This document shows positions 12,008 through 24,700 of a DNA stretch of 64,000 nt, one piece after another (position 1 is the first letter of the stretch; every line of letters starts with the position of its first letter). The DNA comes from Rhizodiscina lignyota (Eukaryota). Location of the stretch: assembly GCA_010015805.1 (NCBI GenBank), contig ML978124.1, forward strand, positions 1,736,001 through 1,800,000, written 5' to 3'. A model generated the notes under the pieces. The model ran no database searches and was not told where the DNA came from. It was given only the letters and a program-made list of their open reading frames with translations. Both the position numbers and the translations under genes were made by a program.

Positions 12008-12780
12008 ATGGTAAAGGTGACGCCGGAGACATTCGAGACTCCTCTGATTTCGTGAGCTCCCTTAAAAATTATTCTTTCTCATCGAAGTCGATGGCCTAGC
12101 AGCATGCTGACTAGAGACAGGCCAATCGGGTTTAAAATAATCTATGTTAGAGTTGGGTATGCCGCAACGTCGTTCTCCGTCCACAAGTCGCTGCTCTGTC
12201 TCTCCTCTCATGAATTCTCGCGCGTATTGGACAGCGACTCGAGACAGCATGTAGTGCTTGAAGTAGCGGATGCCGAGGTGCGAGTGTTCAAGATGTACAT
12301 GGACTGGCTGTATCAAGGACAGCTACCAGCTCATAGAGTCGACATTCCCTTTGCGACGTCCTGGTTGCACCGTCTGCTCGACTTGTACATCTTTGCCACA
12401 GGGTATCGAATCTCGCAGCTTCAACGTGCCGTTATGGACCAGCTCGTAGGTAGTCGCAAGGTGCCTACTACGGATTCATCATCACAGCCTTCGGCGCTCT
12501 ACCAGCATCCTCGCCAGTGTGCAGATACTTAGTAGACATCTGGAGTTCAGGTGTTGATCCGCTGGACCGAATTTTTCCTCTGGAGATAGAACTTGAAAGC
12601 GAATTTCCAAAAGCGTTCCTCATTCAATTCTTCCGTGAGAAATCCCTGCATACGTGTTACACGGAGGGAAAGAAACCATGGGACGACTTGTGCAAGTATC
12701 ATGATCATAAAAATGAGGAGCAGAAACAAACGTGTCATGCTAAGCGCGGGCCTGCTGTCGCGCGAAAGGAGATGGCTTAG
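12008..12780 (+). pseudogene. BTB/POZ-domain gene (array copy 5) with a 1-nt frameshift
   Basis: Exon 1 MVKVTPETFETPLIS, phase-2 intron 12052-12120, BTB core. The frame changes at about 12468 (cctactacgg). The shifted frame reads YGFIITAFGALPASSPVCRYLVD..CKYHDHKNEEQKQTCHAKR, colinear with the paralogs. Could be a sequencing error. Confidence 0.75.
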
Positions 12781-13982
12781 AAAGACTGCATATTTACGTT
12801 GCAGCTTTCGAATGAGGAAACAACGGACAAAGGAGCACGACAAGAACAATGCTTTGTAATGGAAGTTGCTTTGATGAGACGTGGTACAATTGCTTGTCGG
12901 TTTGCATTGTGCTGGGATCTAGTTTCTTCAACCTGGATACTTCACTTTCCTGAGCACAGCATCGGAAGAGTAGCGTGGTAGTGCAAGAGTAGCGTTTTGA
13001 CGTTGTGCGACGACGGCACTGACTTATGCCGAGACTGCTTGCTGATCTGCAATGAACTGGACGTCCGAAGAGTGGTGCGAGAATCGCATCTCGATTCTTT
13101 GCAGTCAAGGCCCTGGTTCGTGCTGAGACGGCGCGGCATAACGAATTGGTTGGCTTGCGTTGAAAAGAATCAAGCATCGGCGGAATTTGGAGGAATTTTC
13201 TTTTCGTCAGCAATCTTTCGGAATCCGAAGAGGATATCAACTTACACAAAGACTTTCGCTTCTGTTGCAGTGATTGCACGAGAGAGCTAACGTCACGGGA
13301 GAGAAATCGGAAAGATGGAACATTTTGAAGCTCTTGATATCCCTACTTTCACTGATACCCTTACGACTGCTTCTAGCAGCTGTCAACAATCTCCATGTCT
13401 CTCCTCCATGCCCATATTTCCTCCTCGTCCAACCGATCCTCAGACATAAAGGAAAGCTCTGATCGCAAAAGTCTGATTGCAAAGTTTTGATCTCTCCAAC
13501 TCGACGTCCGTAGACTGACCCACCACTCCCGCCTCTAAAGCACACCACACGACTCATCCCCTTGTCCTCCACCATCTTCTTCGCTAAGACCTGATGCTCA
13601 AAGAGCGAATGCACGCACCCCACTGCCACCATCAAGGAAACTCATACAAGAAAGCGAGTGAACGTGAAAATATTACAAGTTGAATAAAGGCAAACCACGC
13701 TGTGAAAAAGCCCCTCACTGGCCCACAATGAAGCAGGGAGGGGTATGCAAGAGACCGCTATAGAAAACACTCTGTGTGAAGCGAGAGTAGAGAAGGGAGA
13801 AATGACGGCCGTGAGGTTCCCAGTGCAGTTTCATGTCCAATAGACGAGCAGCTCTCAGGCCCGTCCAGGCCAGACTACGAAGGAAATAGAAACCGAGTAG
13901 ACGCATTGAACGCGCGTGTGTAGCGTTTCCCTTTCCCCACCCATGTGCAAAAGCAAAAACGCCGGATATCAAAACCAACCCT

Positions 13983-15140
13983 TTAGAAATTCTGCGCAAT
14001 TCCTGAATTGCCCTGTCCCGGTCTCACGCGCGGCTCCTCGATCCTCGTATTCCTCCGTGCGGTGACGTCTCTGACGATGGGCTGTGGCGCACCATACGCA
14101 CCGTTGTCGTACGGTCCGGCTTGATAGTCGCCGTACTGGTCGCCATAGCCATCACCTACGGGAATTGGAGCGTCGGCAGAGTGGTGTGAGTGGTCTCCCG
14201 CAGAGTATGAAGATGATGCGTTCGAAGGACCGCGTCGAATGTCGCGGCCAGCTCCAGCCACTGGCGCGGCACCAAGAGCGCCGATACCATCTGATTCCAT
14301 GGTTTCGCGACGAGTCTGCATGAGTGGATCGCTGGAATGACCGTCTGTCATGGTAGGTGATCCAGGTGAATGATATCCACCAGGTTGACTTGTCGTATCG
14401 CTGACTCCACCTGCCATACCACCAGAGAGCGTCGTCGACGCTTTACGATTGCTCGCCGTCGCCGTCGTGCCACCCCATCCTCTATACCCTGATGAGTCTT
14501 CCGTCATTGCTGCGCCTGTAGCAGCGCCCATAGCAGGCAAGGTGGGGTCGTGATTCGGGTTGTAGCCGTAGTCCTCCATTTCCTTACGCCTCTGCTCTTC
14601 TTCATTCTTCCGATGCTTGCGCTTGCGCCAGAACCAGATGCCGGCGATGACGAGGAGGGCGACTACGACGACGGGAATGACCACGGCGATAGCGGTTGTG
14701 GCGGCTACAGAGAGGCCGCCGCCGCCGCTGGATTTGCTGCCTTTATCTCCAGGTTGAAGTGCAGCGGCAGCGGATGTTGATGATGCAGCGGATGAAGAGG
14801 AAGATGTGCTGCTGTGAGAGGTAGGAACAGTATTAGACTGTGAGAAGGTTTGTGTGACAACTACCGTTTGTGACTCGCTGGGTTGGCCGCTAGAGGCGGA
14901 TTTTGTGACGACGGACGTGACGAGCACGGTTGAGGGTGGGAGTGAGGACGCGGTCTGGGTAGATATCGCGCTTGAAGTGGGCGGCGGCGTCGAAGAAGTG
15001 GGAGGAGGAGTGGAGCTGGACAGAGGGGTGCTAGAGCTCGATATTATAGAAGAGGAGGTAAGGATCGATGAGCTGCTCGACAACGGTGTCGACGACGATA
15101 CTTCGCGTTTCAGGTTAGCGAAAAACAGTGCAACGTCCAT
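13983..15140 (-). CDS. Single-pass Ser/Thr-rich cell-surface protein (Mid2/SKG6-like)
   Basis: ATG 15140 (MDVALFFANLKR), long S/T-rich region, one TM helix (AIAVVIPVVVVALLVIAGIWFW) followed by RKRKHRK, and a cytoplasmic tail ending GIAQNF. Start uncertain. Confidence 0.7.
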   Translation of the reverse strand: MDVALFFANLKREVSSSTPLSSSSSILTSSSIISSSSTPLSSSTPPPTSSTPPPTSSAISTQTASSLPPSTVLVTSVVTKSASSGQPSESQTVVVTQTFSQSNTVPTSHSSTSSSSSAASSTSAAAALQPGDKGSKSSGGGGLSVAATTAIAVVIPVVVVALLVIAGIWFWRKRKHRKNEEEQRRKEMEDYGYNPNHDPTLPAMGAATGAAMTEDSSGYRGWGGTTATASNRKASTTLSGGMAGGVSDTTSQPGGYHSPGSPTMTDGHSSDPLMQTRRETMESDGIGALGAAPVAGAGRDIRRGPSNASSSYSAGDHSHHSADAPIPVGDGYGDQYGDYQAGPYDNGAYGAPQPIVRDVTARRNTRIEEPRVRPGQGNSGIAQNF

Positions 15141-17643
15141 CTTGCTAGAGATGCTGGATGATGGAGAATTGAAGGGCAGGACATACTTGTTGAGTTCGAC
15201 ATGATGGGCAGCAGTAGAATTCCTGAGTGGTTCGAATGGCAAAGTCGAGGAATGTGCTGGTGCGCGTCCGGCTAGTTGGGCGAAGGCTGGCGTGCGGCCG
15301 AGGCCGCTTCGAATAATGTGAGCGAGAGGCAGCTCCCAGGACCCGGCTGAAGGAGTTTGTTGATCGAGTTGTGCGCGAAAAGGGAGGGTAGAGATGTTCG
15401 CGCTGCGTGAGGTGGTGCGGATGTTTGGTGAGGGAGAGAGGGAGTGTGTGGTAGCTATTGGGTGAGTCGGGGCGGGTGAGAGTGGCCTTGGTGCGCTTCG
15501 GTGCCTCAAACCCAATCACAGGCGGTGACCTGCCAAGATTTGATCCTCGTAATCGAAACGTATTGGCCCACTCCGCGCGCTTTCGTGGCCGTGCCTCGCT
15601 TTCGCCCGCACGCAGGAGGCTCGCAGTCGCTGCAATTGTCGTCGGCGAGCAATTCACAGAGGTGAGGAGAAGAGGCCAGGCAAGGTGGAGATGGCGGCAC
15701 TGCAGGGCAGCTGGCGATCGCGTACGTTTCCTTCTTTTTGCCGTCAACGCATGCAGCGAATGGAGGCACGTCACCTACTGCACAACACCAGCGCCAGCCT
15801 TAACATTATTGCTATTGAGGCTGTGCTGCTGCCCTTCCTATTGGCGAGGATATTCATAGCATACGCTCCCCGATGGGTGCCGGTGGCACATGGAACGCAA
15901 ACACCATACCATCTCGAAAGTAACGCTCCTACGCGACACAATCATCGTCGCATTCAATTCAACTTGCCAATTCCTCGTTCGTGATCACCTGCTCTCGACA
16001 TCCGGGTTTCCGGCTTCCATGGATCGTTCCAAGGTTCTTCTTCACACTAAAGCCTGATGGGCCGAAATGAGGCCCGTATCCTCAGAACATGCAACCCCTG
16101 TCACAGCAACCCAAAAACCTTCCTGTTCAACGGGTAAAATTGACTATGATTTCATACAGCTCAATCTCGTATTTAAAACGCTCGATTGACGCTTGCTGGA
16201 ACGCCAGTGCCCGACTCGTTCAGTGAAATCGCCATCACGAGGTAGCATCGGTGCTTAGCAACGATGTAGGAGCTCACCGTAGCTCACGGTGCACCACCCG
16301 CTTACAATTGATGACACGGCTGGCCCTTCAGACTGTCTTGCCTCGTGCCCATCGGTGCGAAATCTACAGGATCAGTATTCCGAGTCTCCATTTGAGGCGG
16401 CCAGCGCCTCATCCTTTGCTCCTTTCTCCCTTCGCCTTCAGAATCGCCGACACTATCGAGTGTGGCAAGTCGCAGCACACTCGAGCATGTCTCGGCCTTC
16501 CAATATTTCGCCCTTTATCGATTTGCGCGTGCCTTTCGCGTCATGGCGCCGCTGCCGAGGCACGCTATCGCCTCCTTTAGAAAGAATAAGCCTTCTCTCG
16601 CGTGCTGGAAAGCCATTCCGTCAGCCACATCGGTTCCGGATTTTCAGCCTCACGATCTTCAGCTCCCCTTGGGACCGTAATGTAACTAGCCTCAAGGAGG
16701 GTATTGCCCACTTACTTGAGAGATATTTTGAGCACACTGTTCTTTACATCCTGTTCATAGAGGAATGAGACAAGAATACTCCCTACATGCATACCTTGAG
16801 AAGGCTTTTCTGCAATTGTTCTTTGTTAACCTTCTCATTCTCGTCATCTGTAGCCCCAAGGGGGCTGCATGTATGCAGTCTTCATCACTCTCACACGATA
16901 ATCTTAGTTCATCTCTATACTGGTATTCTCTAATTTGAAACGCAGTTGCATATTCCAGTTTATCATCTGAAATTTCCTTCTCGGTCTTTGATCTTATTTG
17001 GAGTTTAGACCTCTCCGTCAACCGCAATCCAGCCTTCCAAACTACGCCAGATCCTCGCCACCTGGTTTCGGAGTTCTACCTTTCGGTCCTTGGGGTTCAG
17101 CGGAAGGCTTGACTGTGGCCTGGAAAAGAACACAATTGACAAGGCGCAAGTTAAGGCTGAGGTCACAAATTTTGATGTACATCGCGGCCTCCGAAAATGA
17201 TGAACAGAGAGCTGAACTGAGAACTCGAGAGTATTTGAACCAACCCAACGTACTGAGTAAAAGCAGACTTATGCCCATAGAACGGCATCATATCCACTAA
17301 TATCTATGACGCCGCCCTCTCGTCGTACGTCAAAACCCACCTATGGCCTCTCGGTGAATCTCAAATACCTCCGATTTAATAGAGCTCGAAATATGCTCTT
17401 CAATCGCTTCGCCATTCATCATACTATGGATATAATGAAGTCCAATGAATTCAAAATACTTCCGCTCTGCGCCGTTTTGGGGAAATCTCCCTGGCTGCTC
17501 TTATCATTTAGTGTACTTATTGGAGCCTTGTAGGAGGCCAAGTCGACCTGTTCCTCTTGACATGAGGCTGGCTGCTCACATATGCCGAAACATACGAAAT
17601 TGGATAGCCAACATCTTTTTACGATGCTCTTCTAATTATACCA

Positions 17644-18913
17644 TTACAGAGACTGGAAAATTCTACGCCTTTGTTCCCGACTGTAATCAGAGGACCCAGC
17701 GTTCTCCCACGATCCATAATCAATCATATCCATATTCGTATGCGTAACGGGTACGACCTGCAAATCTTGGATCTGTCTCAATTTATCCATTGCTTCTCTC
17801 CGTCTCTGTTCGCCGAGAGCCTGCGTAGAATTCTGCCACCTTTTTCCGATTATTTCAGGCGCCTCTTCACAGTACTTGTCTAGTGCTGCGATCACCAGGC
17901 GGAAGTTCTGAGATGTGTGATCCTCGAACTGGCACATACCCGCATGGTCCGCATCGAGTCCAGACCTCTCCGTGTCATCGAAATCAGGCGCTGCACTCTC
18001 CTTCTCTACTACGTAGTCCTTTTTGTACCCAAGCTCTGTCTTTCTTTGCTCCCAGAAAAAGAATATCGAGAAATGCTTCATAAGAGGAATGAAATGATCG
18101 GTTATGTTCTGCAGCGTTTCGGACTCCGATTCAAGGGCTTTAACCAGGTTTGAGTCGAATTGGCCGACCAATTTAGGGACGGCAGCTGACGCTATTTTCT
18201 GAAGCATAGCTAGCTGCTGCGCTTTCGATGTACCTCGATGCGGTGTTCCGAAGAAGAGGATGCCGTATGTGCAGGTGAATATCGAGTGGAGATTCTCCAA
18301 TCTTGCGGATTGTCTGCTACTGGAATATGCAAGAGCCTGGAAAGAAACATTGTTAGCTAGTTGGTTATTACTATCTAGGCAGAGATGTCGTTCGTCGCAA
18401 GGACACGGTCATGTCGCCCCACGCACCCTTTTGACGATGATCCCTCCCAGGGAGTGGCATAGGAAGATGATGGGCTTGTCCTGCCTTCGCTCGAGCTAGA
18501 GTCTGCGATAAGTATATCCCTTATCAGCTCTGAGGGGAGATGGGCATACCCTTCGGTCGGCACATAGCTGAGCGACAAGAGTCTGAGCATGATGGTGGAT
18601 GCGGTCCGATGATGGCATCCTCCCCTTAAAGGACGAGATACTGGCGTTGTAACCCCATACCAATACTCGAGCATTGGTGATGTACCTGGGCAGGAAGTCG
18701 GGATGGTGCAACCAGCAAACGTCGTTCTTCTTCGAGGTCCACGTTTTGAGCGCCTCTCCGGTTAGGCCGTGTACAGCAACGATGCTTGTGAAGAAATATT
18801 AGCAACTCCACCAGTTTGCAGTAGCATGAGAGTACTCACTCTACATCTGGATTGGAATCTGCAGGTCTGTACACCTCTCTGATACCGAAAATTGAATCGT
18901 CTGATGGAGCCAT
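17644..18913 (-). CDS. Stand-alone SesB-like / DUF676-type alpha/beta hydrolase with intact catalytic motifs
   Basis: Four exons (introns 18785-18839, 18496-18549, 18337-18426). Spliced protein: MAPSDDSIFG..D|IVAVHGL..CWLHHPDFLP..ARVLVWGYNA..PIIFLCHSLGGIIVKR|ALAY..GILFFGTPHRG..FFFWE..ADHAGMCQF. The nucleophile Ser codon is at 18451-18453. Confidence 0.88.
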
Positions 18914-19484
18914 GAAAGATGTAGTCTAGTAAGCTCAAGAACAAACCAAGTCGAAAAGCACAATTGGACTCGGAGAGACAGCAATACTGGGACGTTATCA
19001 ACTGATTTATTTTCTCAGCCTTGCGTGAAGGAAGCGCCCTCTTTTGCATATTTGAAGTGGCTGTGCCCAAAGGCAACAACAGTCCATTCTCCAATCACGA
19101 CCATCTGGATGAAGCATTCAAGGCTAGAAAGGAAACAGGTCGAGAGCCTGCCAATAGCGTTGAAGCAAACTAGCACGTTTCGAGTTCCACGGGACAGAAA
19201 GCGTAGTGCATCAACGTTGCGACCAAACTGTGCTGTGCCGCATCCCTCATTTCCGCGCTAAAGCTCGTCGTCCTTGGTCACTGTTTGCAATATGATAGGA
19301 CTGTGTTTGAGCTGCAGGTTTCTGTATCCCCTGACTTAATTCACAAAACATGCTAGTAATTATCGCATGTTTCCCATCTATTCAAAGTTTGCCAAGATGG
19401 TTTCTGATTGCGCCATGAGCGGCCTCCGAAGGCCAGGAGGGCGACTTGCTCTATTCTATGATAGTCCGCTCTGCATTAACGACA

Positions 19485-21323
19485 TTACTTTCTAACAGCG
19501 GCTCTGCAGCCATCAGCACTTGAAAGCACGAGTGTCAGCCGCTGTCTTTCCGTCCCCACGGGCTCTACAAGTTCTCCTTCGGCTATTTCTATGGTTGGGA
19601 AGGCTTGAAGGAGCCGTACAACTGTATAATAGACCTCCATGAGCGCAAAATCTTCACCAAGGCATTGCCTCGGTCCTCCACTGAACGGGAAATAGGCCCA
19701 ACCAACGTCCTTCATTTCGCCTGTTTCCCAGCGCTCAGGTCGGAAGATATCCGCATCAGATCCGTAAATATTTTTCTTCCTCGAGTTTACGTATTGTGAG
19801 TAGACCACCAGTTCCCCCTTCCTGACTAGCATTGGGCTGTTTCCATCGGGACCGCCCCCTGTAGGAAGGATTGTGGTTTTCACAGCTTCGCGGTTGTTTA
19901 GCGGTACTGGAGGATAGAGGCGAAGACCTGAGAGGCACTCAAGACGTTAGCAAGATTTTGGCAGCAAAGACACTCAACGGCGCATACTCTCTTTTACCAC
20001 GCAGATAAGGAATGGCATCTTTCTGAGCTGCTCACGAGTGGGATGCTGGGATCCCTTCATTACAGATGCGACCTCCTTGCGCAGACGTACCAATGCTTGT
20101 GGGTGCCGAACAAGCAACCGACTAATTACAGTATGTTAGCTGCCTACCAGTGAGAATCAACTGTATCGACTTACAAGGTCCATGACAGACAACATGCCGT
20201 GGTATCCCTCCCGGCTAACAGTACGTTAAGCAGCTGGTCTCGAAGAGCAGTATCGGATGCCGACTCTTTTGCAACCTGGTCAATGAACCAGGACGAGGGG
20301 TGCGTTGAAGACTCTTTCTCCTCCAACTTTCTTGTCTTGATGTACCGTTCGACGAATCGATGAACTCGGGCGCACGCATTTCGAAAATCTCGAGGGTTAT
20401 AGAAAAAATGGAACGGAGCAATACGGAAGCGCTTTGCCAGGCCCTCTTGAGCCATGTTGAAACTCTCTGCGAACTCTCTGTTCTCGGCATCCTGATCAAT
20501 ACCAGCTCTGAGGCTGTATACGGACTGGCCAAAGAGTAGTGCCGTGGTCGTATCTAGTGTGAGGTTGAAAAAGAGTGGTTGAAGGTCGACAGTGCCATCG
20601 ACGGGCATGCAGGCAATGAGGTTGTCAACATGCTCTGCGAAGTGGTCCAGATTTTGATACTGGATCCGCATGAACTGTTTCCGCAGGAGTTCTCTGGAGT
20701 GCTTCCATGCAGCACCTTCCTGGGTGAAAATTCCATTACCGAGTAGTGGAGCGAAAACGTCAGGTCGGCAGCCGAATCCATAATCTAGCATGGAACCATT
20801 AATTCTACATGTTCAGGAGCTTGGGGGAACGGCAGTAGACTCTCTGATACCGCCAATTCCGTGGTCGCTGATCGTCTGGACTTGCCTTTGAAGTTCGTCG
20901 CCAGTATCGCTTCGACATTTCTTGGATGGAGAATGTGGAAAGCGCGAGGGCCAACCAACAGATACTGATAAAGGTTGTTGCGAGGCTCGTAATCCTTCGC
21001 GATGGAGCATAGGAAAGCTAGGAGGCGACCGTCGGCATTGGACTCCCAAAGCTCTTTTATCCTATCGATACCGAAAGGCCATCGCTTCGGTAACTCAGGA
21101 GGCAGCTGGCATCCATGCTGTCGACCGAAGGCGCGATCAGCCTGATCAACATTAGTGAGAGGTTTTCGAAGTACCGGAGGGTTCTGACTCGATAATCAAG
21201 ATATTGTTTGGAGGCTACAAGAATGATACGCCCCGCGAGGCATATCAAGATAACGAGAAGCAAAGTACGAGCGGCTGAGATTTCAAATATTGCTTGTTTG
21301 TATGTAGCCCAAAAATCTGTCAT
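19485..21323 (-). CDS. Cytochrome P450, CYP52-like (alkane/fatty-acid hydroxylase type)
   Basis: N-terminal TM anchor, [24 protein letters not shown]-helix [13 protein letters not shown], ExxR ([13 protein letters not shown]), FRPERW and heme motif [12 protein letters not shown]. Four introns, including a GC-AG intron at 20785-20885. Confidence 0.92.
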
Positions 21324-21780
21324 GACTTGAGTAGACGAGATGCTCTGAGGCAAGTTGAAAGTTTGGCGCCGAAGAAATTAAGGTAGCGCGGGAGTTCAAT
21401 TTTGAGGTTCCCACCCACCCCATGCCCCTGCCTCGTTTGACCGACATGGTCGCTGTGCTGTGCCGTAAACTTGTGTGATTGAACATGTCATTCGTCGGCA
21501 AGTTTTACAGTCTTCCGTGGTGTGCGGCTTGTGCGCCTTCGTCCCATTTTTGGCATGCGAACCCCTGTTCTCGATGGTCGCAATCAATGGTACACTAATC
21601 AACGGGCCGTTCCTCGAGCGCCAGCGTATCCTTAGTACAAAAGCCTCGACACGCATGCGCCATCTCGTCGTCCACTCCATGTTTTTCTTGTAGCCTTGTC
21701 CTGCCCGCAGCTGTAATCTGCCTTTGAAATGTTCCCTGAGAGAGTTCCGTCCATGGATCCTAGCCTTCTTCGGCGCAAGA

Positions 21781-24700
21781 ATGCCATCGGGTTTATTGTG
21801 CCTTCACAATGTAGATCAGGCCGAAGTATCAACTCGGCAGGACGACTTGGTCGAGTAAGGCTGTTTATCTTGTCTCACCATCGGCATTAAGTCTAATAAC
21901 GCGATAGTATCGTTGCTGTTCACAGCTTGAATGAAGACTCTGTTGAGGCCTGGACTGACGATGCCACTGGAATCAACTGGCTCCAAGACCTCCTGCCGAA
22001 GCAACTCAAAATCGCGAGGATTTTGACTTATGGCTACGATGCCTCGTATGAAACTTTCTTCGGAGCGCATGCTGCTTCAAACATCCAGAGGATCGCTCAT
22101 TCGTTCCTTCAGCAACTACAAGCAGATCGTCGTCTGGAAAAGGCACAGAAGCGCCCGATCATCTTTATTTGCCACGGTCTTGGTGGAGTCCTTGTTAAGA
22201 AGACCTTGATTTTTTCTTCGAGTCGAACAGCGAGCCATGTGCACCACCTGTGGAGTATCTTCTTATCGACATTCGCTATCTTATTTTTTGGAACGCCTCA
22301 CGACCGTGAGGACAAGTCGAACTGGTTCGTCCTTGAAGGTCATTCAGATGCCAAGCAACAACATGACCCTCGAAGCTATACATCATTTTCACATGATCTT
22401 AACTGCTTTCATGCTATCACAGACCAATTTCCGGCGATAGACAAGCGCTTCCGCATGTTCTTTTTCTGGGAAGAGATACGAACACAGACTACACGGTACG
22501 GTAGCAGAGCATATTTCATTGTCGATCAAACATCGGCTGTTCCGGAGATGGACAACATTGAGAAATCTGGAATCCATGCGACGCATTCTGGAATGATTAA
22601 ATTCAATTCCATCGATTCATCGAGCTATCGAACCGTGCTTGATGCCCTTACGAGATATTGTGAAGCTGCACCACGTTTCATTCCTCGCCAATGGGACGAT
22701 GCACTCCAGACGCTGGCACAAATTCGAGCGAGCGAGGCATACGGTCTCGGTGGAGTGGAGTTTGACGTACGAGTTGAACGTCCTCACAGAAGCCTTGAGA
22801 TTGACTTACAAAGAACGACAAATCGATATTTTTACCCCCCACAGGAGCCAACGCCCGGCTTCGTTGGGCGAGAAGAGATGATTTTAGCTCTCCATAGCGC
22901 TCTCTTCCTGCAGAATAGTGGGGGAAGTGCTCGTGGTCTTAGTAGGCGGAAGTCGTTCATTGTATACGGTATGGGAGGGTCTGGAAAGACTGAATTTTGC
23001 TCGAAATTCGCACAAGACTACAGAGATGAGTAAGTTTCTATGCATACGAGCACGAAATATGAGCACCTCTGACAGGTGGCATAGGTACTTTGCCGTTTTT
23101 ACGGTCAGGGCAGCGTCAGCCGAGACAATCAAAGAGTCTTACGCCATGATTGGAAAACTTGGCGGTCTTGAAGCTACTGAGAGCGCGGGAAGGCATTGGC
23201 TCTCTCAATTACGTGAACCGTGGCTACTTATTATTGATAATGCCGACGATCCTTCCTGCGAGCTGAGCAGTATATTTCCACAAGCTGATAGCGCACATAT
23301 CTTAGTGACAACTCGGAATCCAGAGTTTCGTCGCGATGGAACCGTTGGTAGCCTGGAGCTACAAGGTCTCAAAGAAGAGGATGCCCTCCAGCTATTGCTC
23401 ACAAGAGCGGACATATCGAGACCATGGGATGTCTCAACGAGGACTGCTGGCAATTTGATCACGAAGTCGCTCGGGTATCTTGCACTTGCGCTTATCCATG
23501 CTGGAAACTGCATATATCGCCGTATATGTAACTTGGGAGACTTCCTCACGTTACATTCGACATATAGAGCTCGACTACAACAACAGAGAGTATCGACGTT
23601 GGAGTCGCTTGATGACGAGGACATGGTCAAAGTCATTTACTCCACCTTCGATGTGTCTATGGAATTCCTAAGTAAGAAACGAACAGTTACCAGCCAGGAC
23701 GCGTCGGAGCTGCTGAAAATCGTCGGCTTCTACCATTTCGAGCGAATTCCGGTCGACATATTCACTCGTGCTGTGGTCAATCGAGAAAACAGCAAGCAAA
23801 GTACTTCGAGACTATCTATTACATCTAGGCTTTTGGGAGCTATCATCGGTCGATTTGAACCACCCAAGACATTGCCAGGTTTCCTGAAGGACACTGACGG
23901 TCGGCTAAATAAATTTAGAGTCAATCGTGCCATAAGAGAACTGCATTCTTTGTCATTAATCACGTATGATGGGAAAGACGACACTTTTTCCTTACATCCT
24001 TTGGTTCATGCCTGGGCTCGGGACGTCCTGCCAAGCCAGGAAAGGAAAATCTGGGCATATGTTGGCCTGAATACTCTTCTCGAATCCGTTTTGCTTCCTT
24101 CCGGGAAGGTCAGTGAATCAGACGGCGATTTCAACAGAGACATCTTACCACATCTCGACTCATGTCTTCAGGATTCCGGCCATCCACTGCCGGAAACTGC
24201 GATTACTACTGCAGGGTTACAGATGCGCCTCGCCAAGTTCTTCCAACCAACAACGCTTCTCATACTTCGAGATCAGACTCTGAACGCCGCCAAATGTGGG
24301 TACGTCTTCGCGGAACGAGGGGAGTTTGGGAAGGGAGCCATTCACCTCCGCATCGTCAAGGACACCCTAATCACGACGCTCGGTCGGGAGCACGAGAAGA
24401 CCATGACCGCGATGTTGGGATTAGCAGGGGTTTGCTGGGGTCTAGGCAGATTAGAGGAGGCGATTGAGCTTCAAAAAACGGTAGTAGAGATACGCTCGCG
24501 ACGTTGTGGACCCACGCACGAAGAGACACTAATGGCCATGGACCGGTTAGGAAGTTCGTACTGGCTGCACGGAAGATATCACGAAGCCCTTCAGCTCCAA
24601 GAAGCCACAACCGAAGGAATGAAAGCGACGCTCGGAATGGAGGACGCCAAAACGCTTGCAGCCCTGGATAATCTGGCTGTCACCCTGGGCTCATGGCATC

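Noticed and set aside
15141..15515. N-terminal extension of the 510-aa ORF
   Set aside because: It starts at a non-ATG codon and reads like 5' UTR; the first ATG is at 15140.
17644..17800. Amyloid signalling motif (HRAM, PP or sigma) at the hydrolase C-terminus or the NLR N-terminus
   Set aside because: No G/N/Q-rich pseudo-repeat is visible in either terminus, and no short motif is shared between them.
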